From Stegostoma tigrinum (lineage: Eukaryota), in NCBI RefSeq assembly GCF_030684315.1, contig NC_081368.1, positions 43,725,734-43,789,733 on the forward strand: 64,000 nt of DNA, in the 5' to 3' direction. A model generated the notes under the pieces. The model was not told the DNA's origin. It ran no database searches and saw nothing but the letters and a program-made list of their open reading frames with translations. Each line of letters opens with the position of its first letter. Position 1 is the stretch's first letter. The position numbers were made by a program, and so were the translations under genes. Positions 13,437 to 27,046 of this stretch are shown here, one piece after another.

Positions 13437-14533
13437 TTCCTGTGTGAATAACTCAAGTCAGAGTTTAATATGCTGGATAGAATGTTAATAAGTAGGATCG
13501 CATAGGTAGCAATAGTTTACTACTCCTAGCAAAATAAGCAGATAAGAAGGATTAAGGCATGCCTTAAGATGTGATGCAGGAGGTTGAGCTCCACATTCTT
13601 GGGGTAGAAATGTCTCAATCAAAAAGAATGGGCTCTGCCTCAACAATGCTGTAACCAACACCTTTGCACAGAAGTTTCTTCCTGGGGTTGCAAATTATTA
13701 AACTAATTTGGCAGAGAGATGAGCACCAATATTTAGAGTAGAAAAGAGGAATAAGATGCACAAAAGAGTAAATGTTTTGGATAATACTAGAGAAGGGAAT
13801 GGTGAGGCACACAGGTAGCCATAGTACATAGGAGCAGACTACAAAGTACCACAAGAATACAAAGACAAGTTTATAATGTATGCAAGCAAATGTACAAAGT
13901 GTGTTGAAGAAAGCTGCTGAACAATCAACACAAAAAGTCATGTGGGAATATCATATAGTGACAGCAACAAAAGTGTGGCTGCATTTTTCTTCAGTAGCCT
14001 TGACCAGGTAAAATGCTGGTTACTGATGCTCAGTTTTCTATATTCTTACATGTCCTGCCATAGGAATTTCATGTGCTGCTTTGAATATCTCTTTATACTA
14101 TTTGTACAATATCGCCATCTGCTAAATAACCAAATATTACTTGTCCATAGGTCTACAAGGATGTCTCCACTTCTTCAACAGGACTTCATTTTTCTAATAT
14201 TATAACTGTTGGGAATTCCTTCAGCTTAGGCTTCAATGTAAGCTACCTTTTTAAATTATTTAACTCTGGAACTGCTTTCTGAGTTTGTTGAAGATTTTTT
14301 AAAAATTTTAATCATCTCTGTCCTTAAAAGGAAGGTTTGTCCTGACCTCCTGTAAATGGATGACACTACATCCTCCTCTGCATATCGTCCACAAAGCTTC
14401 CTAGAGGTTCATGCCCTTTCTCCAGAGGGGATATGAATTTGTTCGTGTGTGAATTTTGCGAAGTATCTCTGTCTCCCGTTCTGAAATGCTTGAGGACAAT
14501 TCAGCTCAGTCAGTTTGAAGGTATAGCGTCAAT

Positions 14534-14552
14534 TGGACACCAGATGGCAGTA
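14534..14552 (+). promoter_or_regulatory. CTCF-like motif
   Basis: TGGACACCAGATGGCAGTA closely resembles the CTCF core consensus and lies in non-repetitive intergenic DNA. Confidence 0.4.
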
Positions 14553-15227
14553 TGTTGGGATTGTGCAGTGCTACCGAGGTTCAGAAGTGTTTGAATGAAG
14601 AACCAGATGTGAGTTACGACTGCTTAAAATACAGTTCTTTTGTTCAAGTGGGTCTAAAATTGTGACACTTTTAATTTAAATTCTTTCTGTATATTCCTAA
14701 TTTTCCCTTAAGTAACATGATCCAACTACTGAACCTTGGATTGGAATGTGACAAACTCAGCGTATTTTTTTAACAACAGTTACATATTATTTTGAGAATG
14801 AATAGATAACTTTCAGGTGCGATATCAAATTTTCTTTTAATAAGCAACTGTTTCCAGTTGGTTGAATGTTGTAGACAGATGCTGATGTATGCAAATAAAA
14901 TCGGACAAAACAAGTTAACATTGAAATTTTGTACGTAAGAATGGCCTCCATACTTTCCCAAGCATGACCCTGAATTTCTACTCAAATGCATTTAATAAAG
15001 TGGGGTCTTTACCACGTGCCTCCTGAAATTAACCTGAATTTCTGTTCATGAAATGCCTTATTGGAATAATTTCTGTAAAAATGATGGGGCTGAGACATTA
15101 CGGGTGCCTACTGGCGTGAAGATTTTAGAAGGATGGAAGTTCTCCTAGCAATATGACTTTTCAATGATGATTCGGTAGAGAGTGGTTGCCATTGTTTTGA
15201 ATCCTCAGGTTTTTTTTCTTCATAACC

Positions 15228-15580
15228 ATGATGTTGTGGAAATCACTAACATAACCAAGTTATCATCCCTAATTGCCCTTAAACTGAGTGGTTTACTAGG
15301 CCATTTCAGAGGTTAGTTAAGAGTCAAACACATTGTTGTGGATGTGCAATCCCAACTTAAACCAGACGAGGTAAGATCAGCAGACTTTTTTTGTGAACCA
15401 CACAGCTTTTAACAATTGTTTCACGGCCACAATACTAAAACTAGCTTTCAGTTCCACATTTATTTAATTAGTTGTATTTAAATTTCACCAACTGCTATGT
15501 TGGGATTTGAATCCTTGTCACCAGAGTATTGCTTGGTTTCTGCATAACAATCTACTCACAGTACCACCAAACTACTACCT
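15228..15580 (-). mobile_element. SacSINE1-like SINE
   Basis: The core GAGTGG..TAGGCCATTTCAGAGG..GTTAAGAGTCAA is shared with 41190-41410 and 45360-45670, and the tail is shared with the LINE 3' end. The family name is from memory. Confidence 0.6.
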
Positions 15581-15585
15581 GTCCA

Positions 15586-16782
15586 AGATAACAAAGTGTG
15601 AAGCTGGATGAACACAGCAGGCCCAGCAGCATCTCAGGAGCACAAAAGCTGACGTTTTGGGCCTAGACCCTTCATCAGAGAGGGGGATGGGGTGAGGGTT
15701 CTGAAATAAATTGGGAGAGAGGGAGAGAGGGGGAGGCGGACCGAAGATGGAGAGAAAAGAAGATGGGTGGAGAGAGTATAGGTGGGGAGGTAGGGAGGGG
15801 ATAGGTCAGTCCAGGGAAGACGGACAGGTCAAGGAGGTGGGATGAGGTTAGTAGGTAGGAAATGGAGGTGCGGCTTGAGTTGGGAGGAAGGGATGGGTGA
15901 GAGGAAGAACAGGTTAGGGAGGCAGAGACAGGCTGGGCTGGTTTTGGGATGCAGTGGGGGGAGGGGACGAGCTGGGCTGGTTTTGTGATGCAGTGGCGGG
16001 AGGGGACGAACTGGGCTGGTTTTGGGATGCGGTGGGGGGAGGGGAGATTTTGAAGCTGGTGAAGTCCACATTGATACCATTGGGCTGCAGGGTTCCCAAG
16101 CTGAATATGAGTTTCTGTTCTTGCAACCTTCGTGTGGCATCATTGTGGCACTGCAGGAGGCCCATGATTGACATGTCATCTGAGGAATGGGAGGGGGAGT
16201 TAAAATGGTTCGCGACTGGGAGGTGCAGTTGTTTATTGTGAACCGAGCGGAGGTGTTCTGCAAAGCGGTCCCCAAGCCTCTGCTTGGCTTCCCCAATGTA
16301 GAGGAAGCCACACCAGGTACAATGGATAGAATATACCACATTGGCAGATGTGCAGGTGAACATCTGCTTGATGTGGAAGGTCATCTTGGGGCCTGGGATA
16401 GGGGTGAGGGTGGAGGTGTGGGGGCAAGTGTAGCACTTCCTGTGGTTGCAGGGGAAGGTGCCGGGTGTGGTTGAGGTTGGAGGGGAGTGTGGAGCGGACA
16501 AGGGAATCATGGAGAGAGTGGTCTGTCCGGAAGGCAGTTGCAAAGCGGTCCCCAAGCCTCCGCTTGGTTTCCCCAATGTAGCGGAATTGCAAAGCGGTCC
16601 CCAAGCCTCCGCTTGGTTTCCCCAATGTAGAGGAATTGCAAAGCGGTCCCCAAGCCTCCGCTTGGTTTCCCCAATGTAGAGGAATTGCAAAGCGGTCCCC
16701 AAGCCTCCGCTTGGTTTCCCCAATGTAGAGGAATTGCAAAGCGGTCTCCAAGCCTCCGCTTGGCTTCCCCAGTGTAGAGGAA
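15586..16782 (-). mobile_element. Penelope-like element 3' fragment (GIY-YIG plus terminal repeat) with tandem array at its 5' end
   Basis: High similarity to 38000-38840. A tentative degenerate TSD is TACTACCTGTCCA (15573-15585) / TACGACCTGTCTA (16791-16803). Confidence 0.92.
16538..16782 (-). repeat. Five tandem copies of a 49-bp unit derived from the GIY-YIG 'YIGETKRRLGDRF' coding segment
   Basis: The unit TTGCAAAGCGGTCCCCAAGCCTCCGCTTGGTTTCCCCAATGTAGAGGAA starts at 16538, 16587, 16636, 16685 and 16734, with no spacers. Confidence 0.95.
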
Positions 16783-18271
16783 ATTATCCATACGACCTGT
16801 CTATAAGTTCGAGACATTTTAAAGGTGCTTTATGAAGCCCCTATGATTTCAGGAGAAGGACGGCATAGGCATGAAGCATGAATTCAGGTCATGGATGTTA
16901 GATATACAAGTGCAGGATCACGAATACAGAAAACCGCAAAATGGTGTCCATGTCATTACCCATAATGCAGCATTAAACTGCGGGCATTGTCTGAATAGGC
17001 TACCTTTTCTCTGTACCCCTATAATGGTCAGCATAACGGACGTAACTGTGTTAACTTCTGCATCCAGGTTTCTCTGGCCAGTTTCCAATAACATCGGTCA
17101 CCTCAGTTAATTGGCCTTTTATTGCTGCTTAGAATACAATATGAGTGCCTGGTTAAGGCACACATTGATTTCATTCAAGTCCACAAGAAAGGAAAAAAGA
17201 AAACCGTCAACTTCTGGATTTCTAGATGAGTATAGTGCCATTGATATCACCCATGTCACTATAAGGGACCATCCTAAAATGTCCTCAATATGAACCTTCA
17301 TGTACAAGAATGAATTTTGTTTGTGGGAAATGCAGATAGTGAGTGTTGACAGCCAATTCTTGTTGCAGTTCTGTGTATGCTATCTAGGAAGTAAACAAAT
17401 AATGACTATATGTTTACAGGAAATCCAGGACTCCACTGCAGTTTAGCCAAGGCAATACAGAAAGGTAGCTGACAAGAGATTAGAACTAGCCATTTAAGAC
17501 TTGGTTAACAACATTTTCAAAATCTACATATAAAATTCAAAACTGTTCCATTGTTCTAAATAGCCTTAATATGGAATGGATTAACTAAAGTCTCAAGACC
17601 TGTCCTGTACCTGACTGATTATAAGAATCTCCAACTTAGGGCACAAAAATCTGTAGGAAAGTTATAGTTTCCTGCAATCTTCAGAAGTTCGGGTCATTAC
17701 AAGGAAATTAGAAAAGGAGAAAGAAGATACTGACAATAAATTCTTTATGTGTGATGCAATAAAACACTTCATGATTGCTTGCCTTGCACACTACTAACGT
17801 AAGCTGCAATGGGTCAAATATCTTCTGTGAGATTGTAGATGCAAACAATAATTGCTATGTCAAAAGGGATAACAGAAAACCACCCTGGGAAAAATACACA
17901 TAACGACCAAATTTTCGGAAATGTCCATATTTTATGCTGCCTAGACATTTCCATATCCCCCATTATGTCTGCTGTTTCTCATTACTATGACTGTCCTTTG
18001 GGAATAAAACTCTTTTCATGTATTATCCTAACCTCACATTCTTATGCATTACTGCCGCCAAGGTAGAAGGTTTTAATTTGTAGCAGCAGCTGTACTGAAG
18101 GACTCTTTGAAATAAAGGACTCATACATCTCAAAGCCAAGATTCAGTTGCATAAATATAATTTTGCTTTTGGTTCTAATTTTGGCTGAGCCAAGATCTGA
18201 AACTTCCTCCTTAAAGGAACTTTATTGGTGCCATTACAATGACACTGCCATGAAAAACAGCAACATTTTCA

Positions 18272-18368
18272 TTCTGAGGAAGTGTCTCGGCCCGAAACAT
18301 CAGCATTCCTGCTCCTCTGTTGCTGCTTGGCCTGCTGTCTTCATCCAGCTCTACACCGTGTTTTCTGA
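18272..18368 (+). mobile_element. Solo PLE terminal repeat fragment
   Basis: CTGAGGAAGTGTCTCGGCCCGAAACATCAGC...TTCATCCAGCTCTACAC. Confidence 0.75.
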
Positions 18369-21300
18369 CATTTTCATTAACTTCTTTCTTGTCATTGATG
18401 CTCAGCCAATGATCATTCAGAGAAGGAAGAGAGAAAAGTGAGGGCTAAACGTCTACCAGAGCTTCATGTTATACTCACGTTTAAATGCTTTTTGCAAATT
18501 CCAGGCACTTATTTCTAGTTATTCTCTTAATTCAATGAAACAATATCTAGGAAACTTCTGACAGCTGCTTCTTTATAAATGTTTGAAAACCTCTTGCAAA
18601 AACCATTGAAGTGAATCAAACAAAAATAGAACAACCCATTAGGGCCATGTCCCTAAAGGATCAGATCAATATGCAATCAATGGGGGACATAATGCAGCCA
18701 AGCACCTCCTCTCTCTCTCACCCTGTCTCTCTCCCTTCCCCTCCCCTCCGTGCCCCTCCTGCCCCAGTATACAAGCTGAACTTATTGCTGCTTTGAAGGC
18801 AAAAACATACATTTGTTCTCAAATAGGATAGACAAAATAGATGAGAGACCATTTACAATAACACACGAGTGGAAAATTTTGGCACAAAGAAATATTCTGA
18901 TAAAGAGTCTAAACCACAAGGAGGAGACAGAGTGATTTTCTTTCTGTTTTTTGGATGCGGTTTTGATAGTGGTATTATGCTGTTGTCAACCACAGAAAAT
19001 CCTCCTTTTGGTAGTTGGCCCTAGGTCTTTTCCTTGAGTTAGGAATCTGTCTTTGTAAAGTCTTTGAGCATTGCCCCCTTCCACTCACAGGATGAGAAAG
19101 AGGGAGATCTTGTTGCTTGCAGGTTTTGCATGTCAGAGAGCCCAGCTGTACTGTCTCCTCTCAGGTCTGTGACACACTGCTACTTACAATCAAACCACAA
19201 GTTGTTGCTGGGTAGTTTCTTTTTCTTCAAACCAAAGACACCTGGTCTTAGCGAGTCTCACGGAAGTATTAAATCCAGTTCCTTCAAAATTTACAGACTT
19301 GTGCATGACCAATTATAAACAATTGCACCATCAGAAACATATGTGAGCATTGTTCATCATGGATAGCTTTTTTTGAAATATATGTGCATAACTTTGTCTA
19401 GTGGTGTATTAATGTTTTACTGTTTGCTTAATGTACTATGTGTGCAGGCTGCACCCATCCGTTTGTGAAACGTAAGTTAGGAATGTTAGCCGCTCCTACA
19501 ACTAGGTGTTAATTTTTGTCTCTATTTGAAAACTGATTTTCGATTTGTGGGCAGGATTTTGTTCATCTGGTGCATGTACCAATGATTCCAGTACATTTTT
19601 CAGGGCTGACAACAATGTTATTACTGCCTGTAATATGGAGATCACCATTGTGGGCAGGGGTTCTCAATTATTGTCTACTCTTTAGAGAGGTCGTACGTTG
19701 AAAGAAAAAAAATCCAAGCTAATGCAAAAGAGCAGCTATGAACAAGACATCGGAAAGAATGCACAGGATATTTACTCAAATAGTATCAGGGATTATTAGC
19801 AACATTCTGATTGTTTCACTTAGAGCAGATAAAGGTTAAGTAGAGATTTGATTAAGGTGTTTGAAATGATTGGTTTTTGACAGAGTAGACATCGGCAGAA
19901 AGCTGAATAACCAGAAGACACAGATTTAAGCTCATTGACAAAAAACCAGAGGTGATATTAGGAGGTAAAATGCTGCAAGTTGTTATGATTCACAGTGCAA
20001 TCTCTGAAAGATGGCAGAAATAGATTCTTTAAAAACAGAGTTAGGTAAATAGTTGAAAGGGGATTATTTGCATGGTTATGGGGAAAGGGCAATGCTGTGG
20101 AGCTAATTGTCTAAGCTTCAGACAGCTAGCACAGAAACAATGGGGTGAGTGGCCTCGTTCTGTGCTGTATTGTTATATGATCCTATGTTTTGTTCTCCCG
20201 ATTCAAATTAAATGTTTACACATCTGTAGAAAAAAATAGTGCAGAACATATTTAATTGTTCACCCAAATTTTACTACTTTCCCAATCATGTAAAACTATG
20301 GCATCCTATGAGCCAGCCATAGCCATGGTTTAGTAAAACTTGAATAAAATATAGTACAAAACATTCCCAGAATGAACAGCATGATTACAAATCAGCACAG
20401 ACAAAAACTGTCACATATAATCCCCTCATTCAAATGACCATCTGTTTAAGGAGGATGTAAAGAAAAAGTGAAGAATTTACTAAGAACAGGAAAAGTGAGT
20501 CATAAATAAGTCTAGAGGGAAGCCTTGAGTATTTCCCAAGAATGCTCCTGTCATCAACAATTTTAGTTTGAATGGGTGTGCATGTGTGTTAATCCAGGAT
20601 TAAAATCCTTGTCTTTTCTCTACAGCACCATGAATACCACTCGTGTGTATTTTTTTCCCATTTACATGTTTTGAACGATAGTGCTTGTCACTTACAGTGC
20701 AATGTAACTGTTGGATTCAATTCATGAAACAAGACTTTGAAATCAAGTCAAAGTCGGTGAGATGGGATTGCTGTCACAAGCATAATATGTTGACAATATT
20801 AAGGTGCTCAGAGTGTAATCCTGAAGGTTAACTATTACTATCACCACCCAATGCTAGCTAGGCTACAAAAATACATGTATTGATTTTTCTTATTTATTTT
20901 GCAACTTCTTCTTCTGTTGGATTTCCTGTCCCATTGTACCCAGTGAAAGAAGCAGGTGAACAATCTGATCTCTGACCTCCATCACACTGTAATCAGGCAT
21001 GAAACTTGTACTTCTGAATGCCTGTGTGATTTAATTTTATATCCCTGCCTTATGCCAGAGGTGGGTTTGAAGATTCACTGTATGGACAGCTGTGAGTGCA
21101 GAATCATTCTGTACAAACATGGGCGCCAGTAATCCACCAAACTATTTGTTCATGATTTCTATCTTTGAAAGGAGCAAGGGACAATTTACACTAGATTAAC
21201 TTAAAAAATAAAAAAGGTACTTTTAAGGTTAGCATGCTGTCTCATCTGCCACCATCTGCACAACTTCTGGAAGTAAATACATAAGATGATGTGACCTGTG

Positions 21301-24300
21301 GCTCAAGCAGATCAACATAATCCCAAATTTGATCACTGCTCTGTAATTTCAAATTGGTTGGTCTTAGCTAGAGCATAATTAGGGGCTTTATGTCCCAGGA
21401 TTGGGAGGTTAAAAATAAGGCGGAGTTCCAGCTCCTGAATTCAAAAATCTTTTGGGAATTCATAAAGAACTGGATTTTATACACCCCTGCTGGGTGTATT
21501 TTCAGTGAGTGTAAAGTAGGTCAGGTAGCAAGTCCGCCACTTTGTTGCCTATCCCTAAACTGACCCCAAAAACATGCTAGATGAAAGCAGGCTCAGAAAT
21601 CAGCAGCCTGTCCCCCATATTTAAGTGAATAATTAAAGACCAGTTCATCTTGTTATCAATCCTGTCGATCTGGATTATGTTACTCACGTCATAAAATAGC
21701 TGGTATGGACAGGCAGACAGCCTAGATGGAAAGGAGTAGAAGGCAGGAAAGGCCCTAATTTGGGGAGTATTCACTATGCATGAGGGTCACCCCCCTTCTT
21801 TGATATCTTCCAAAACAAAACCTCCAACAACCCCCCACCCCCCGCCACTTCACCCTCCCTGACCACCACCCTAAAAGGTCAGGTTTTGCCTTTTGGTAGT
21901 CCTTCATATAACCCTGACAGTATTTGGTACTGAACTCTGGTGCTGCCAGAACTACTGCTGTTGCTGCCAATCGCATTGGTCAGTAATTCCTGTGGGCAGG
22001 ATTGGCTTCCTCTGAGAAACTCAAGTCCCAGTATAACCCTAAACCTACTCCCAATGTTATGGCTGTGAGTTGCTTCAAGCTTATCAGATTTTGGCTGAAT
22101 TTCCTTCCCCGAGGTTAGGATGTAGGGGTTCAGCATTCTGCCCTCCCTACCCTAATTTTCAGCTCAAGGACGGAAACTAGGTAAGAACATGAACAGGATT
22201 GGTCAGCTTTGTTATTGGTTAGCCTGCTAATATTCTCTTATTAGTGATGAATGAAGCATTGAACAGAAGTAGTACAAGCCCACTTCTCTATTTATCATCT
22301 GGCCCACACCTTCCTTTCACTTTGGAACTGACCTTTGTATTTTGAACTTGGTGAGAAACTAAAATGTAGACATCCTAAATTAGATTTATAAAGGAAGTCT
22401 TGTCATATTCCATCCAAAAGTAAGCTAATCACTTCTGTGTTTTTGTTTTGGTCCTGGAAGGCTGTTGATAGTTTGGAGGGGAAACTGCAGATCATCCTGC
22501 AAGACAACTCAAACAGCTGTATTCTAGAAAACCTTGCTTCAGATTCTACCATCCTGACAAGGTGGCAGCTGTGGAGGCTGGTTGGCTGAGGAATAAAAGC
22601 AAGGGCAGGCTAGTGTAGAAGGGGTGGAGGACAGTTTCTTTCCCTTCCTGAGAGGGAATAGCAGGTTTGTACTCCACAGAGCCTGGCACAGAGCTTCAGC
22701 AGTTCTAGAATTCTGTAGTCCATCTTACTGGACTGCTATAGCATCCTGCATACCCCATTGCACAGTGCAAACCACAACTATGATGGCAACAGTCTGAGAC
22801 TGCATGACAGCAAACTGACCATGCATGACAATAATCTGAACTTGCAACCTAACTGTCAGCTATTGGATGGCCTCAATGGAAACTGCATTGACAGTCAGAC
22901 ATCACATCATTGTTAGATTCACTGCTGTGTAAATAGAATTAACTCATTTACATGCTGCAGACTATAGGCTGCACGCCCTGCCTGAAGCCCTCTATCAATT
23001 TGATGCTGGCCTTAGTGAATGAATGCAGCCTTTTTTAGTGCACCAAGAATTTTCCAATACCTATCTATCTCTGCTCCTTTGTAGGCTGCCCCATCAACTT
23101 CTTCATCTGGATGCACTGCCGAAGAACCTTTGTGCCAAATCCCCCTGTAGTGAAACAATATCTACACTGCCTTACCCTCTGTGGTAAGAGCCCAGTCTAC
23201 TTGGTTTCTCATCATTGTGCAGAATGCACATGTCATTCTCTAGAACAGATGTTGGAAATAATTCTGGGAAAGGGCATAACCAGACATGAATATTTGTATT
23301 GCTAGTTGTCATGCCAGTTTGCTGTACCATCCATCTCCTAGGCCACTTGCCCAGAGGTGGGAATAACACATTAAAGTAAGTCCTTTGGCCTTTACTGGCT
23401 ATTTAGGGAGGGTCATTGAGGTGCTGGGAATGAACCTAGTTGCATGGAGACTGTCTTTCTTTGGCAGACTTAGGGAATCAGCAGTTCATTCAGGCTTTCA
23501 GGCCCATGCTAAACTGCTTGACCAGGGCCATGACTGTGGGAGGCTTGAAACAAACCCTTCTATAGATGTTGAGATGATACCTCAAGATGGAAACATCTCT
23601 CTCCCTTACTTGAAATGGCAGTCTGCAACTCTTGAAATGCTGGAAGGACCTCTTAGTTCTCCAGCACTATGACCTTAATTAGACGGTGAGGGCACTTTTA
23701 GCTATTAATTGCCCATTTCAGATAAAATCACTGCAACGCTTCTGTTACCCTCACAATTCAGGGTCGGAATTTTGATTGGCTGAAGATTTGGAGTCTGGGC
23801 CCAAAATGCAAAAGTCTGATCAGAATGACAGTACTTAAGTTGGTGGCTGCATGTACACTGAGAGAGAGTGCTGTCTTTACATTATCACTGTCTTCTCAGT
23901 CTTCCTCCAGCGCCTAATCAGAATGAACCTTTTTAGAATCTCGGGGGAAAAGGTGTAAGAATTAGGTTATGGGGAAGGGAGTGGGCTAAAGCGACATATA
24001 TAATCTCGAATTTGAAAATCAGAATAGACCATGGGATTACAGAGAAGTTAGATGTGAGAAAATTGTGTCTGAGTATTCTGTCAATTTTGATGGTTTCAGC
24101 CAGGATGGCCTCACTGAGAGTATTGTGCAACCACTGGAGGTAAAAGAAACTGAGATGTTACAGCTGGAACATATTGGGGTGTGAGACTGTAATGTAAAGT
24201 TCACAGACATATACAGGAAAAAGCAGAATTTATTAAAAAGGAAGGTGGTGTGGAAATTCAGTTATCTGACATTATCTTGAAAATGTAAGTTGGAAGGAGT

Positions 24301-24819
24301 AGGCAAACAGAAGGAAGTAGATATGCTTAGGTCACCATTTTTGGAATGCAATAGTTTGATCTATAATTGAGAGAGAGCAGTATAGAATAGCCTACTCAGA
24401 AATTAAATCTGAAACAATACTTGTATAACTTAAAAAGAGAACATGTTAATGAGGAACTGGAGATTACTTTAAATACCAGCTGATGAGGAATGAGCAATGG
24501 CCCATTAGGTGATAGTTCCATCTAAGTCTGATAACGAAATTTTACAAGTGACTCAAAAAGATATAATAGCAAGTCACTCAAGTGTCAAGAAAACATAAGC
24601 TAAAATACAGAAACATTTTCATTGGCCAGAATTACATAAAATGTGGAACAAGCCATACATGTCAGGTCGCGTGGAATCCCCGAATATCAATTATACCTGC
24701 ACTTTTAATTATGAAACCACCTTTTATATAATAATTAAGCAGGACTTAATAGATCAAGCAAAAGAAAATAAAGAACTGACAAATCTGGAATTATCAAAAC
24801 AACAAAACTGGATTCTAGC

Positions 24820-24920
24820 AGTTCCGAAGAAGGGTCACTGGACCCGAAATGTTAACTCTGCTTTCTATCACGGGTGCTGCCAGACCTGCTGACTTTTTCC
24901 AGCAGTTTTTTTTGTTTCAG
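24820..24920 (+). mobile_element. Short PLE-terminus-related repeat with hammerhead-like motif
   Basis: CCGAAGA-A-GGGTC-ACTG-GACCC-GAAATGTT followed by the TGCTGCCAGACCTGCTGA family sequence. Confidence 0.6.
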
Positions 24921-25270
24921 GACTTAATAGATTATTAACTATGAGTTGGAATCTTATGGCTGAATTGTGTTTTGTTTTATAACTAAGTCTGAGTAGTCTG
25001 GGTCTTATGACGGGATTTCTGGCCAAGTCCTAGCAAGGTTTCTTGCAATGCCTTATCGAAGTCATCACATAAACTACTAATGTCGTCCTTATGGCACCCT
25101 CATGTCTGATTCCAGCACCATCCTACCATGCGTGTGCCCAGAATAATTTGCCAATCAGCCAATATCTACTGAAAGACTTCTACCCATGCCATTTTTAAAA
25201 AGCTCCTGCGTAACCGGACAAGCATTGGTATTCTGAAGCTACCCAGCTTGGTACTGGACAGAATCTAAAG

Positions 25271-25860
25271 ATGTCAGAGAGTGGGAAGCTGGCACTGAGA
25301 TTCACTGACAGGGAACTAGAGATTTTGCTGGTCAGGCTGATGTATAGGAGAGCAGATCTCTTCCTTGAGGACCATCAGAGGAGACCTGAAAGCTAAAACC
25401 TGGTAGCCTGGCCATCCTTGAAACCAACCAGGTCAGTCCCATCTCCGTGCTCTGGAGGAATGGCTAGAACTGCTTTAAGAAAGTCAAAGACCTTTTCCAC
25501 TCCTTAAGGGTAAGTGATATAGTATTCTCTTTGCTTCCTCACACATACTCAATCTCTGCTAAGGTACACAACTCCCACCAAGGCTCATAGGCTGTCACTG
25601 TCACACCTGCAACATCATCCCTCATTTGTTCCCTCTAGTGCCCCCCATACACCCTAACCCTGCACTGCCTCCTCATTAACTCAAAAAACCTCACTGTCTT
25701 TCCAGTACCTGTAACAGGACTAACAACTGTGCCACCCACTTTCAGCTCACTTAATCCCTTACTCTCTCTCAATGCAGGAGAAGGGATAAGGGAGCAGAGA
25801 CAGTCCATTGGGGTGGAGAGGTGCAAGACATTAGGTTCCTCACCTCGTTATTTTACAGGA
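25271..25860 (+). pseudogene. Decayed Myb/SANT-like gene of a Harbinger-type DNA transposon
   Basis: Reads MSESGKLALRFTDRELEILL...W...QVSPISVLWRNG*NCFKKVKDL with stops and indels. It has a donor G|GTAAGT at 25510 and an acceptor TCAATGCAG near 25777. Confidence 0.55.
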
Positions 25861-25927
25861 AGGCTATGACTGCTTCTGTAGGGAAGCAAAGACCTACATG
25901 TCCCACCAAATATGTAAATACCACTCT

Positions 25928-27046
25928 TCATTTCACTATAACTCATCACATGCTGTCAGTGTCATTCATTGCACATGACCTCCAATCACTGAATGCAGTG
26001 CCTTCTCTGTGTCTTGTGCCTTGTAGGTACTAGTGGGATGTCTACCGTCGGGTAGCTGCCTCCTGGAGCTCTGAGAACGAGAGTAGTGCTATGTTAGAGG
26101 AAGCATCAGAAGCGCTGATTCCTGCACTCACTGCTATCTGAAATCCTTACATCTCATCGGGAATGCCAGGCTGAGAAATATTGGGAGCATTAGCTGGTGA
26201 GTACCCTGTACAACAGCTCCACAGCTGTCTGAGGAAGAAATGTCCCAGGCTACTGATTACTCGGAGGACTGCTGGAGACTGGTTCAGCCTTAGGCAGCAG
26301 AGGGCTCTATGGTGTCAATAATCTGAGACTTCATCCCCAGACACAGGGAGGAGCAACAGAAGCAGACAAGGATGTGGAACACTGATAATGGGAACTGCAG
26401 ATGCTGGAGAATCCAAGATAATGAAGTGTGAAGCTGGATGAACACAGCAGGCCAAGCAGCATCTCAGGAACACAAAAGCTGACATTTCGGGCCTAGACCC
26501 TTCATCAGAGAGGGAACTGAAATAAATAGGGAGAGAGGGGGAGGCAGACGGAAGATAGAGAGAAAAGAAGAAAGGTAGAGAGGAGAGTATAGGTGAGGAG
26601 GTAGGGAGGGGATAGGCCAGTTCAGGGAAGACAGACAGGTCAAGGAGGCAGGATGAGGTGGTAGGTAGGAAATCATTTCACTATAACTCATCACATGCTA
26701 TCAGTGTCATTCATTGCACATCACCTCCAATCACTGAATGCAGTGCCTTCTCTGTGTCTTGTGCCTTGCAGGTACTAGTGGGATGTCTACCATCGTGTAG
26801 CTGCCTCCTGGAGCTCTGAGAACGAGAGTAGTGCTATGTCAGAGGAAGCATCAGAAGGGCTGATTCCTGCACTCACTGCTATCTGAAATCCTTACATCTC
26901 ATCGGGAAAGTCAGGCTGAGAAATATTGGGAGCATTAGCTGGTGAGTACCCTGTACAACAGTTCCACAGCTGTCTGAGGAGGAAATGTCCCAGGCTACTA
27001 ATTACTCAGAGGACTGCTGGAGATTGGTTCAGCCTTAGGCAGCAGA
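25928..27046 (+). repeat. 374-bp direct duplication (25928-26301 / 26673-27046)
   Basis: Both copies run TCATTTCACTATAACTCATCAC...TTCAGCCTTAGGCAGCAGA with scattered substitutions. Confidence 0.93.
26384..26672 (-). mobile_element. PLE 3' terminal repeat with tail
   Basis: Near-identical to 37881-38165. Further PLE scraps lie at 27047-27104. Confidence 0.88.

Noticed and set aside
16538-16782. CRISPR-like array next to a nuclease/RT
   Set aside because: The units are contiguous with no unique spacers and derive from the element's own coding sequence, and the context is eukaryotic.
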